In this document: piece after piece, positions 9,565-18,880 of the stretch | How positions within the stretch are numbered: the first letter of the stretch is position 1 | Layout: every line of letters begins with the position of its first letter | Assembly (NCBI GenBank): GCA_964349765.1 | Contig: CAYGGZ010000002.1 | Location: 99,151 to 163,150 of the forward strand | DNA from: an uncultured Bacteroidales bacterium | Lineage (GTDB): Bacteria; Bacteroidota; Bacteroidia; Bacteroidales; JAAYJT01 | DNA length: 64,000 bases | Reading direction: 5' to 3' | Position numbers and translations under genes: made by a program | Notes under the pieces: model-generated | What the model saw: the letters and a program-made list of their open reading frames with translations, nothing else | Told to the model about the DNA's origin: nothing | The model's database searches: none

Positions 9565-10344
9565 TCAGAATTTTATCTCAAAATCATCGGCATCCCTCCA
9601 AACCGGGAATTTTTCGCGGAAGGCAAAAAGTGCATCTGTATCCAGTTCGGCAGTGATTATTTCCTCGTTTTCATTTTCTGCGGCACGCATTATTTCGCCT
9701 TTCATATCGCAAACCATAGTATCGCCGGTGTATGTTATACCATTTTCGTCCGACCCGATTCGGTTCACGGCACAAACATAACACTGATTCTCAATGGCTC
9801 GGGCCATGAGAAGTTTAATCCAAACCTGTCTTCGTGCCGACGGCCAATTGGCAACAATGAAAATTGCATCATAATCGTTGCGGTTGCGCAGCCACACAGG
9901 AAATCGAAGGTCGTAGCAGATTGCAAGCAAAATGCGCAACCCTTTGTATTCCACCACAACACGTCGCTTTCCAGAAGCATAAGCTCCGCTGTCGCGTTCA
10001 AGAAAAAAAAGGTGACGTTTGTCGTAGTACGACAACTTGCCTTCGGGTGTAGCCCAGACAAAACGATTAAAGGTTCCAGCCAGATCCTTGATTATCAAAC
10101 TCCCCCCTAATGCCATTCCTGTTTCGGCAGAAATGCGTTTCATCCAATCCACCGAAGTCCCATCCATAGTTTGAGCCCATTGAGATGAGTTCATAGTGAA
10201 ACCCGTAGAGAACATCTCAGGCAGAAGAACAGCATCGCTCCGACCGTTAAGGCCTTTGATCTTTTTTTCAATGTAATCAAGGTTGGCAACAGGGTTTTCC
10301 CACACCAGGCCTACCTGTAGAAGTGATATCCTAAAAACACTCAT
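9565..10344 (-). CDS. Carbon-nitrogen hydrolase family amidohydrolase (YafV/omega-amidase-like)
   Basis: The 259-aa product has ...AVLLPEMFSTGF... (catalytic Glu), ...YDKRHLF... (Lys) and ...ILLAICYDLRFP... (Cys), the nitrilase-superfamily E-K-C triad contexts. Confidence 0.85.
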   Translation of the reverse strand: MSVFRISLLQVGLVWENPVANLDYIEKKIKGLNGRSDAVLLPEMFSTGFTMNSSQWAQTMDGTSVDWMKRISAETGMALGGSLIIKDLAGTFNRFVWATPEGKLSYYDKRHLFFLERDSGAYASGKRRVVVEYKGLRILLAICYDLRFPVWLRNRNDYDAIFIVANWPSARRQVWIKLLMARAIENQCYVCAVNRIGSDENGITYTGDTMVCDMKGEIMRAAENENEEIITAELDTDALFAFREKFPVWRDADDFEIKF

Positions 10345-11774
10345 GATTTTTGATTTACTGATTTAAATTTACTCCAGTAGTTTCCAACTATTATTGAAAT
10401 AATAGCCACGATAACACCTGCAAAGGTTTTGTCAATATCGTACCAGCCCTTCTCTGCGGCCAGAATGCTCAACCCAATTGCCACGGTACCAGCAGTGAAC
10501 GACAGTGAAACAGCCTCTTTTGAAATCCAATTACGATAGTATAACCCCATCAAAATCACTATTGCACCAATCGCCCTGATCGAATAGGAAACGTAGGCGG
10601 CATCGAGTATTGCGCCGTGTAAAAACACTGCAAGCGGCACAGTGATCAAGTTAACGATAACAACGAATCTGCGTGCAGTGATAACCAATTCCTTATCAGT
10701 CGCCCCTTTTCGCAACACTCCATTATAAATATCTTTTGTAATGATTGTAACAACAGCAAAGTTTACCGGCCCTACGGTTGATAGAATGGCAGCAAGGATG
10801 CCAGCCAGCGCAATGCCCCCAAGTATTGGATGGATAAACAATGGCTCTGTCATCAACGTAGGTAACACCATCTTAGGGTTTACGGTAATCGGATCAATAA
10901 ATAATCCCGTTTTAGCGATCAGCCCCAGGAGGGCAACCATCACACCGAATGGAGCGATTATAAAAGCCGACAATATTGCTGCTTTACGAGCCGTGGCGGC
11001 GTTGCGTGCAGCAAATATCGGTTGGATACTTGCTTGTCCAGCCATTCCACCAAGAACTCCCCCTAATATCAAGCTTGCAGCGTTGCTAATTCCTGCGCTA
11101 AACGGATTATACAGATTCTCCGGCGAACCATTTGCAATAAGAATAGCTGCAAGATTTCCAAATCCATTAACTTTTTCGATCCCCACAAATAGTGCTGTTC
11201 CCAATCCCAAAAACATAACAGCCAGATGAATAATTCCTGTAATAGCAAGAGCATGCATCCCACCTATGTAAGTGTAAGCCGTAATAATCAGTGAAGCCAG
11301 AATGACCGCGGTGATCCAGTCAACACCAAAGAGCGGAACCATAACAGCAGCAAAGGTTTGTAATTGCACATAACCAAGTGTGATATAGGCAATTGTAAAG
11401 GCAACTGCCGACCAGAACTTTGCTTTACTACCAAACATAGAATCAAGCATCTCACTTACGGTGTAAACGTTCCGTTCGCGGTATTGTCGGGCAACAGTAA
11501 AGCCAATGATTACCATACCGATTGCAGTTGAAATATTGTAGAGAACAGGTTGCAAGGTGCCTGTGGTAAAAGCAGTTTCACTCACACCAATTGTGCTCAG
11601 CCCTCCTAACCATTCGGCTGCCACTACTATTGCACATACAACAAGACCAAGATTTCTTCCAGCAACCAGATAATCGGCTGCAGAGCGTGTGGCCAGCCTG
11701 CGGATTAGAAATGACACTGCAGCCACAAGAATGAAATAGGCAATAACAACAATCAGGTAAATACTCATAATCAA
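10341..11774 (-). CDS. Sodium:solute symporter (SSS) family transporter
   Basis: The 477-aa polytopic membrane protein starts ...YLVAGRNLGLVVCAIVVAAEWLGG..., typical of SSS N-termini. Its stop overlaps the hydrolase start by 4 nt. Confidence 0.85.
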   Translation of the reverse strand: MIMSIYLIVVIAYFILVAAVSFLIRRLATRSAADYLVAGRNLGLVVCAIVVAAEWLGGLSTIGVSETAFTTGTLQPVLYNISTAIGMVIIGFTVARQYRERNVYTVSEMLDSMFGSKAKFWSAVAFTIAYITLGYVQLQTFAAVMVPLFGVDWITAVILASLIITAYTYIGGMHALAITGIIHLAVMFLGLGTALFVGIEKVNGFGNLAAILIANGSPENLYNPFSAGISNAASLILGGVLGGMAGQASIQPIFAARNAATARKAAILSAFIIAPFGVMVALLGLIAKTGLFIDPITVNPKMVLPTLMTEPLFIHPILGGIALAGILAAILSTVGPVNFAVVTIITKDIYNGVLRKGATDKELVITARRFVVIVNLITVPLAVFLHGAILDAAYVSYSIRAIGAIVILMGLYYRNWISKEAVSLSFTAGTVAIGLSILAAEKGWYDIDKTFAGVIVAIISIIVGNYWSKFKSVNQKS

Positions 11775-11869
11775 GTCATCAGTGTCACTTCACACTAAAT
11801 TTCATAAATCGTGTCCCATTGCCAGGAAATTAGAACGGTAAAGACCACGTTTCATCGCCTACCAGCCTG

Positions 11870-11877
11870 CAAAGATA
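11870..11877 (-). promoter_or_regulatory. Candidate Bacteroidota -7 promoter motif (TAtcTTTG on the minus strand) for the SSS-led operon
   Basis: The plus strand reads CAAAgaTA, about 96 nt upstream of the ATG at 11774. Confidence 0.35.
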
Positions 11878-12008
11878 AAGTTGTGGGAGATTAGTACGAA
11901 AACAAAGCTACAACCCCATACAGGGGTTCAGTATTAAAAATCTTTTTTGTTGGCAATATAAAAAGACTGCTTTAGTTCATTGTTTTGTTTTCCTGAACCA
12001 CTTTGATA

Positions 12009-12016
12009 TATCTTTG
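12009..12016 (+). promoter_or_regulatory. Candidate -7 promoter motif TAtcTTTG upstream of trkA
   Basis: This matches the TAnnTTTG consensus 25 nt upstream of ATG 12041. A TTTG at 11984-11987 sits at -33-like spacing. Confidence 0.45.
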
Positions 12017-12040
12017 CGCCCATTTATTGGAACATCGGCA

Positions 12041-13381
12041 ATGAAAATTATTATAGCAGGCGACGGAGAGGTTGGCTTTCACCTTGCAAAGTTACTTTCG
12101 AACGACCGGCACAGTATTACAGTGGTTGATCCCTGCCATGAGTTGATAAAGATGATTGAGTCTAATACTGACCTGTTTGCTATAACAGGCGATTCAACTT
12201 CTATTTCGGTTCTTAACCAGGCAGGTGTTGCGAATACCGACTTATTGATGGCAGTTGTTCACAATGAGCAGGTAAACATAGTTACATGTGCCTTAGGCAA
12301 GAAGCTCGGCGCAAAGCGCACCATAGCCAGAATTAGCAATCCCGAATATCTGACTCATAAAAATTCAGAAGTTTTAAGAACTCTCGGAATAGATATTCTG
12401 GTTTGTGCTGAAAAAATTGCATCTGAAGAAATCGTAAGACTCCTGCAACAGCCGGGTGCTACAGAAATCTTCGATTTTTCCGACGGCAAGCTGATGCTAT
12501 TTATGGTAAAACTCGACAACAAATCGCTGGTTATTGGCAAATCTCTCCATGATATTTCCAAGGAGAACCCAAATCTCGAATTCAGGGCAGTTGCTATGCA
12601 CCGCGATGGAAAAACAATCATCCCCAGAGGCGACGACCGCTTCAAAGAAGGAGATATGGCATACGTGGTTACACGCCCCTCAGGTATTAACGAACTCCTG
12701 CGCTATAGTGGTAAACAAAAATACGATATCGTCAATGTAATGGTTATCGGGGGCGGAGATATTGGAAAAGAAACCGCTCTGCGGTTAGAAAACACCTACA
12801 ATGTCAAGATTATAGAACCTGACAAGGAGCGCTGTATAGCCCTTTCCGATATTCTGCACAACACACTTATAATCAACGGCGACACTCGCAATATTGAACT
12901 CCTTGAGTACGAAGGCCTGCGGCAAATGGACGCCTTCATCGCTGTTACTGACGACACCGAAGATAACATATTCAGTTGCCTGCTGGCAAAAAGACAAGGA
13001 GTAAAGAAAGTTATTGCACTCGTTGAAAACATTGATTTTATTGACATTGCTCAAAGTATTGGTATCGAGTGCATTATCAATAAAAAACTGGTAACTGCAA
13101 GCTACATTGTGAAACACACAATGCAAACACCGGTAAATGCAATTAAACTCCTCAGCGGTATTGATGCTGATGTTGTGGAATTTGTTACTCAAAAAGGATC
13201 TCGTATTACCAAAGGGCCTATCAAGAAAGTGAAAACCCCACAGGGCAGCGTCATTGGTGGAATTATTCGCGGAAACGAAGGGATAATAGCTACTGGCGAT
13301 GTGCAAATCATGGAAGGCGATAAGGTGGTAGTTTTCTCAATGCCCGAGGCCTTGGAAAAAGTTTCGGAGTATTTTCGTTAA
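12041..13381 (+). CDS. trkA: Trk potassium uptake system NAD-binding protein TrkA
   Basis: MKIIIAGDGEVGFHLAKLL... and a second Rossmann fold (VMVIGGGDIGKETA) give two RCK/TrkA-N + TrkA-C repeats. I prefer ATG 12041 over the TTG at 12014 used in the ORF track. Confidence 0.9.
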   Translation: MKIIIAGDGEVGFHLAKLLSNDRHSITVVDPCHELIKMIESNTDLFAITGDSTSISVLNQAGVANTDLLMAVVHNEQVNIVTCALGKKLGAKRTIARISNPEYLTHKNSEVLRTLGIDILVCAEKIASEEIVRLLQQPGATEIFDFSDGKLMLFMVKLDNKSLVIGKSLHDISKENPNLEFRAVAMHRDGKTIIPRGDDRFKEGDMAYVVTRPSGINELLRYSGKQKYDIVNVMVIGGGDIGKETALRLENTYNVKIIEPDKERCIALSDILHNTLIINGDTRNIELLEYEGLRQMDAFIAVTDDTEDNIFSCLLAKRQGVKKVIALVENIDFIDIAQSIGIECIINKKLVTASYIVKHTMQTPVNAIKLLSGIDADVVEFVTQKGSRITKGPIKKVKTPQGSVIGGIIRGNEGIIATGDVQIMEGDKVVVFSMPEALEKVSEYFR

Positions 13382-13420
13382 AAAGTACCTTAGCATACCA
13401 CTACTCCAGTATATGTTATA

Positions 13421-14884
13421 ATGCCATCTACTTCAAAAATACACCTCAGGCTTATAATTAAAATTCTTGGGATCTTTCTCATGATTTTAGGTGTGTTGAT
13501 GCTGACATCTCTTATATTCGCCTATCTGTATGATGATGGTAACGCGGCAAGCATCCTTCTCTCTGGTAGCATCACAATTTCGTGCGGCTTGCTGTTGTTT
13601 ATTTTCACTAAAAACGCCGACCTTCAGGAAGTTAGTAAACGCGACGGTTTTGTGATCGTTAGCGCTACATGGATTGTAATTTCTCTGTTCGGAACGCTTC
13701 CATTTATCCTATCCGGAGCAGTTGATAACTTTACTGATGCATTCTTCGAAACGATGTCGGGTTTTACTACGACCGGTGCTACAATCCTACCCGATATTGA
13801 AGCGGTTGATAAAAGTATCCTCTATTGGCGTAGCCTTACACAATGGATCGGAGGCATGGGAATAATAGTGTTATCATTGGCCATTTTACCGATATTAGGC
13901 ATTGGAGGCATGCAGCTTTTTATTGCAGAGGTTCCAGGCCCAACAAAGGAAAAACTCCATCCGCGCGTAACCGAAACAGCTAAATTTCTTTGGGGAATTT
14001 ATGTTTTACTTACGGCAATACAAACATTACTCCTCGTGGCTGGCGGAATGAGTTTTTTTGAAGCACTGTGCCATGCATTCACTACGATGTCAACCGGAGG
14101 TTTCTCGACTCAGAACGAAAGCATTGCCGCATTTTCTCCTTATATTCAATATGTTACTATTTTCTTCATGTTCCTTGCAGGAACCAGCTTTGTTGTGCTT
14201 TACTATATTATGCACCTGAGGATAAAAAAAGTATTCGGCAGCGAAGAGTTTCGGACATATTTCCTCATAATCGTAGCAGCAGCGCTTTTCATCACTGTTT
14301 CATTGGTTCTGACCTCTGATTTAAAGTTCGGCCGGGCTTTTCGTGATGCATTGTTTCAAACCGTTTCAATTATTACTACTACAGGCTTTATTACAGCCGA
14401 TTATTTGCAATGGAGCCCGTTTTTATGGTTTCTCGTTTTTCTGCTTATGTTTACGGGAGGCTGCGCCGGGTCAACTGGTGGCGGTATTAAGATTGTTCGC
14501 CAGCTACTACTTTTTAAAAACAGCCGTCTCGAAATGCGCCGGATCATTCATCCCCAGGCAATTGTCCCTGTCCGACTGAATGGAAAAGCCATCCCTGAAA
14601 CAATCATTTATAATGTGCTTGCATTTTTCATCATCTATATACTCATCTTTGTTTTTGCCTCCCTGTTCATGTCGTTTCTGGGATTGGATTTTGAAACTGC
14701 AGTAGGCTCCGTGGCAGCCTCAATCGGAAATATCGGCCCTGGGATCGGCAAAGTTGGGCCTATTCACAACTACGACTTTATTCCTGATGCCGGAAAATGG
14801 ATGTTAGGCCTTGTAATGTTATTGGGAAGACTTGAATTGTTTACCGTACTCGTTTTGTTTTCATTCAACTTTTGGAAAAAGTAA
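13421..14884 (+). CDS. trkH: TrkH-family potassium transporter (copy 1)
   Basis: The 487-aa polytopic protein has FFETMSGFTTTGATIL, WIGGMGIIV, STGGFST and GGCAGSTGGGIK selectivity-filter-like repeats. Confidence 0.9.
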   Translation: MPSTSKIHLRLIIKILGIFLMILGVLMLTSLIFAYLYDDGNAASILLSGSITISCGLLLFIFTKNADLQEVSKRDGFVIVSATWIVISLFGTLPFILSGAVDNFTDAFFETMSGFTTTGATILPDIEAVDKSILYWRSLTQWIGGMGIIVLSLAILPILGIGGMQLFIAEVPGPTKEKLHPRVTETAKFLWGIYVLLTAIQTLLLVAGGMSFFEALCHAFTTMSTGGFSTQNESIAAFSPYIQYVTIFFMFLAGTSFVVLYYIMHLRIKKVFGSEEFRTYFLIIVAAALFITVSLVLTSDLKFGRAFRDALFQTVSIITTTGFITADYLQWSPFLWFLVFLLMFTGGCAGSTGGGIKIVRQLLLFKNSRLEMRRIIHPQAIVPVRLNGKAIPETIIYNVLAFFIIYILIFVFASLFMSFLGLDFETAVGSVAASIGNIGPGIGKVGPIHNYDFIPDAGKWMLGLVMLLGRLELFTVLVLFSFNFWKK

Positions 14885-16344
14885 GAGTGCATTCTGTGAT
14901 CAATTACCAGATCGTCCTGAAAGTAACAAGCTTACTTATCGTTATTATTGCATTGTTTATTTTCGCATGCCTGCCAGTATCATTACTCACAGGCGGTGAC
15001 GATTTTATTTCCCTTGCCATCTCAGCATTCATAACAGCAGCCATCGGAGGAACAATATGGATGCTAACCGGCAAATTCAATTCCAATGCTATTGGCAAAA
15101 AAGAGGCGTATCTGATTGTGGTCGTTACCTGGCTGAGCATGGTTTTTTTTGGCAGTTTACCATACTTAATCAGCGGTACGATACCAAATCTTACCGACGC
15201 ATTCTTTGAATCCATGTCGGGATTTACTACAACCGGCGCCTCAATATTAACCGACATCGAAGCCGTGTCTGAGGGAATTTTATTCTGGAGAAGCCTCACT
15301 CACTGGATCGGAGGAATGGGAATCATTGTTTTTTCAGTGGCCATATTGTCGCTTTTCGGCATCGGAGGAATACAGCTTTTTCTGGCCGAAGTGCCCGGTC
15401 CGTCAAAAGAAAAGCTTCACCCTCGAATCAAACAAACAGCCCTTCGACTATGGGGCATATATGTACTTTTAACCCTGATGCAAACACTACTGCTTGTTGC
15501 GGGCAATATGACACTCTACGATGCTGTTACTCATTCATTTTCTACAATTTCTACAGGAGGGTTCTCAACCCGCAACGCAAGTATGGGGGCGTTTTCTGCC
15601 TATGCCCAATATGTTACAATCGTTTTCATGATTTTATCAGGCACAAACTTTACTCTTCATTACTTGCTGTTGAACCGGCGTTGGAAGCAGGTAATCGCCG
15701 ACGAGGAGCTAAGGATGTACCTTGGAATAATCATAATCTCTACATTGGTAATCGCTCTCTTTCTCGTTCATAATGGATATGGAACAACCGAAAAATCATT
15801 CCGTGATGCACTGTTCCAGGTAACTACAATCATGACATGTACCGGATTCGCAACCGCCGATTTCATGCAATGGCCAGTATTCTGCTGGTTTTTACTTTTT
15901 TTGTTAATGCTGGTTGGAGGTTGTGCCGGAAGCACCGCTGGAGGAATTAAGGTGATACGGCATCTGTTGCTTCTGAAAGGCCTCAGGAACGAATTCAGGG
16001 GGCTGATGCACCCTTCCGCATACCTGCCGCTACAGTACAATGGTCATACGGTTGGAGAAAACATACACAGAAACATTCTGGCAATTTTCATACTTTATTT
16101 GCTCACTTTTACCATCGGTTCATTTCTTTTGACACTCAGCGGCCTCGACCATATTACAGCCATGGGTTCAGTGGCTCAGGCAATGGGAAATATCGGGGTT
16201 GGGCTGGCAGCAACAGGCCCTGCTTCTAACTTTGCGGAGATAAGTGTGGCAGCGAAATGGACCCTGTCATGTCTGATGTTGATCGGAAGATTAGAAATAT
16301 TAACCGTTTTTGTGCTCTTTAGTAAAGCCTTTTATAAAAAATAA
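14872..16344 (+). CDS. trkH: TrkH-family potassium transporter (copy 2, tandem paralog)
   Basis: The 490-aa product carries the same motif set (FFESMSGFTTTGASIL, WIGGMGIIV, STGGFST, GGCAGSTAGGIK). The start is uncertain: TTG 14872 overlaps the copy-1 stop, and GTG 14887 is an alternative. Confidence 0.88.
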   Translation: MEKVRVHSVINYQIVLKVTSLLIVIIALFIFACLPVSLLTGGDDFISLAISAFITAAIGGTIWMLTGKFNSNAIGKKEAYLIVVVTWLSMVFFGSLPYLISGTIPNLTDAFFESMSGFTTTGASILTDIEAVSEGILFWRSLTHWIGGMGIIVFSVAILSLFGIGGIQLFLAEVPGPSKEKLHPRIKQTALRLWGIYVLLTLMQTLLLVAGNMTLYDAVTHSFSTISTGGFSTRNASMGAFSAYAQYVTIVFMILSGTNFTLHYLLLNRRWKQVIADEELRMYLGIIIISTLVIALFLVHNGYGTTEKSFRDALFQVTTIMTCTGFATADFMQWPVFCWFLLFLLMLVGGCAGSTAGGIKVIRHLLLLKGLRNEFRGLMHPSAYLPLQYNGHTVGENIHRNILAIFILYLLTFTIGSFLLTLSGLDHITAMGSVAQAMGNIGVGLAATGPASNFAEISVAAKWTLSCLMLIGRLEILTVFVLFSKAFYKK

Positions 16345-16345
16345 A

Positions 16346-16437
16346 CCCGAATTTAATCAAGAGAAAATCCGTTAGGACCGAACTATTGGTTCTATGAGTG
16401 CATACCCGATCATGCATTGTCAAATGCTTAATCGGGG
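16346..16437 (+). repeat. Intergenic structured repeat, copy C (diverged, short 3' hairpin)
   Basis: The sequence is cccgaatttaatcaagagaaaatccgttaggaccgaactattggttctatgagtgcatacccgatcatgcattgtcaaatgcttaatcgggg. It is colinear with the 123-bp element at 23543 and 25728. It fills the gap between the convergent trkH-2 and T9SS-cargo stops. Confidence 0.7.
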
Positions 16438-16442
16438 TTAAA

Positions 16443-17372
16443 TTATCGTACTACTACCACCCTTGCCGTTAGCTTTTGCTTCCCCAGTAGTACTTCGAGA
16501 ATAAAAATACCCGGCGGAAGCGAAATTACATCCAATTCAAATCTTTCCACACCACCAGGAACATTTTTACTGATCAACTCCCTACCCGTTAGCGAAAGTA
16601 ATCTTAATAAAGCGCTTTCCTGTGTAACTGAAGGAAAAACGACGGTTAGCCCCGAGCTGGCCGGGTTCGGAAAGATTGTCAGCAAACCTTTATCGTTTTC
16701 ACCAATGCTGGTCACTCCATAATAATAACAATCAGGAAACTGCGGGCTGTGGTAAATTAATGCCGATTGATGGCTGAAGCAAGATAGTGTTAATGCATCC
16801 GGAAACTCCTGATTAAATAGTTTGGCCGTTATTGGAAACAATGGTCCATGAACGCTGCCAATGCCTTCAATCCAGGTTTCTTTCATACTCGTGTTGTAAT
16901 AAACCACAGGCGAAAAATTAAACCGACGGCGGTACTGCCCGTCTATCACCACACTGTCAATTGATTGAAGAAAAAGATCGTAGTGTGCTCCACAACAAAA
17001 CTGATAAAACTTCACCGTGTCGCCCGGTTGTATATTGAAATCATACATCACCGTTGGGTGAATCTGGCCATCGCTCATGAAATAAACAACTCCATTAGCT
17101 GCGTACACATGCCCCCTGAAGATGTTCGACGGATCGCCAGGTACAAACACCGAAGTATTGTTCTCATAAATTCTGCTCCACAACTGATTATCAATCAATG
17201 TATCGCCATCGTATGAATAGGTCCAGGTTACCAGACCAGAACCAGGGGGATTGCCCGGCAGCGGGTACTCCTGCACAACCATCCAATTAGCATCCGACAC
17301 AGGAAAAGCTATCCCCTGAGCTACAGAAGCCACACCATGAAGCGTAAATAAGAATGAAAATATGATTCTCAT
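16443..17372 (-). CDS. Secreted protein with T9SS (Por) C-terminal sorting domain
   Basis: There is an N-terminal signal peptide (MRIIFSFLFTLHGVASVAQG). The C-terminus ...LTIFPNPASSGLTVVF...LLSLTGRELIS...LPPGIFILEVLL...VVVVR matches the type A T9SS CTD pattern. Confidence 0.8.
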   Translation of the reverse strand: MRIIFSFLFTLHGVASVAQGIAFPVSDANWMVVQEYPLPGNPPGSGLVTWTYSYDGDTLIDNQLWSRIYENNTSVFVPGDPSNIFRGHVYAANGVVYFMSDGQIHPTVMYDFNIQPGDTVKFYQFCCGAHYDLFLQSIDSVVIDGQYRRRFNFSPVVYYNTSMKETWIEGIGSVHGPLFPITAKLFNQEFPDALTLSCFSHQSALIYHSPQFPDCYYYGVTSIGENDKGLLTIFPNPASSGLTVVFPSVTQESALLRLLSLTGRELISKNVPGGVERFELDVISLPPGIFILEVLLGKQKLTARVVVVR

Positions 17373-17511
17373 ACCGTTTTTGTTTTAATTTGCTGTTTGA
17401 TTTTGCAAATATATGAAATGATGTAACAATTGAGATGATTAAATGATTTCTCACATGACACTTAACCAGCATATTTTAAAGTTTTTCAGGAAATGAACTT
17501 ATCACACCGTA

Positions 17512-18834
17512 ATGCCATCTAATCGCTACATCTGGGGAATTGCTTATCCGATAATTCTAAGCCTTCTGGCTCAGAATATGATTAATGTTGCCGACACAGC
17601 GTTCCTTGGGCGTGTGGGAGAAGTAGAGCTTGGCGCTGCCGCTATTGCAGGAATTTTTTATATCGTGCTTTACATGGTCGGGTTTGGCTTCAGCATGGGA
17701 GCACAAATTCTGATGGGGCGCCGTAATGGTGAGGGAAACCTGAAACAAGTAGGCAATATAATGGACCACAGCCTATATTTTTTATTGATTATAGGAATTG
17801 TGATGTTCGTTGCCATCTACTTTTTCGCCGGCCAAATGCTCCGTCCATTTATAACTTCCGATGCTGTATATGAAGCCTCAGTGGTGTATCTTCAATACCG
17901 CGTTTACGGTGTGTTCTTTGCTTTTTTCAATGTAATGTCGCGTGCATTTTTTATATCTATTCAGCGAACTCGACTGCTTACAGTAAGCGCCGCTTTGATG
18001 GCAACCGTAAATGTGATCCTCAACTATTTGCTTATTTTCGGGCATTGGGGATTCCCGGCCATGGGTATTGCGGGTGCGGCTATCGCTTCTGCAATTGCTG
18101 AAGGATGCTCGGCTCTGTTTTTTATGATCTATTTCCGGTTTTTTTCCAACCGCAAGCAGTATGCCCTGTTCCGCTTTCCAAAAGTAAGCTTTGTTGTAAT
18201 CAGGCAAACCCTTGATGTTTCAGTTTTTGTGATGATCCAATATCTGCTTTCACTCGGCGCATGGTTTCTTTTCTTTGTTATTATCGAAAAGATGGGCGAA
18301 CGATCGCTGGCCGTTTCTAATATTGTGCGAAGCCTATACATGATATTGATGATCCCCGTGTGGGCTTTCAGCAGTACGGCAAATACGCTTGTAACCAACG
18401 CTATTGGTCAGAAAAAAACAAATCTGGTTCTGCCTGTGCTCCTTAAAGTAACAAAGCTGTCGTTCTTATCGTCGGTAGCCATGGTTCTGCCAATGCTGAT
18501 GATTCCGCGGTTGCTTATTAGCATTTACACTAACGATGCTTCGCTGGTTGACGACTCTATAGGGTCGATTTACATGATTTTTGGCGCAACCTTAATGTTT
18601 TCCATCTCACAGGTGTTTTTCAGTGGCGTTTCAGGAACCGGAAACACCCGCGATGCTCTGATCATTGAGTCTTTTGCACTGGCCATTTATCTGATCATAA
18701 TATATATGATTGTCATTCAATGGAGTTTGCCAATAACAGTAGCGTGGTTATGCGAACATGTATATTTTTTGATCTTAGGGAGCGCTTCCTGGATTTATCT
18801 ACGTTCAGGCAGGTGGCAAGGGAAAAAGATATGA
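17512..18834 (+). CDS. MATE family efflux transporter
   Basis: The 440-aa, 12-TM-like protein begins ...GIAYPIILSLLAQNMINVADTAFLGRVGEVELGAAAIAG..., typical of MATE/NorM. Confidence 0.85.
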   Translation: MPSNRYIWGIAYPIILSLLAQNMINVADTAFLGRVGEVELGAAAIAGIFYIVLYMVGFGFSMGAQILMGRRNGEGNLKQVGNIMDHSLYFLLIIGIVMFVAIYFFAGQMLRPFITSDAVYEASVVYLQYRVYGVFFAFFNVMSRAFFISIQRTRLLTVSAALMATVNVILNYLLIFGHWGFPAMGIAGAAIASAIAEGCSALFFMIYFRFFSNRKQYALFRFPKVSFVVIRQTLDVSVFVMIQYLLSLGAWFLFFVIIEKMGERSLAVSNIVRSLYMILMIPVWAFSSTANTLVTNAIGQKKTNLVLPVLLKVTKLSFLSSVAMVLPMLMIPRLLISIYTNDASLVDDSIGSIYMIFGATLMFSISQVFFSGVSGTGNTRDALIIESFALAIYLIIIYMIVIQWSLPITVAWLCEHVYFLILGSASWIYLRSGRWQGKKI

Positions 18835-18853
18835 GTTACCGAACCAAATTGGT

Positions 18854-18861
18854 TATTTTTG
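18854..18861 (+). promoter_or_regulatory. Candidate -7 promoter motif TAttTTTG
   Basis: TAnnTTTG match 20 nt upstream of ATG 18881. Confidence 0.4.
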
Positions 18862-18880
18862 CCCGTTAAAACCGTTAACA

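Noticed and set aside
9545-9570. Short similarity (aaagtccgtactattg) to the 5' module of the intergenic repeat
   Set aside because: Only about 16 nt match, with a deletion of the loop. This is too short to separate from chance without a genome-wide search.
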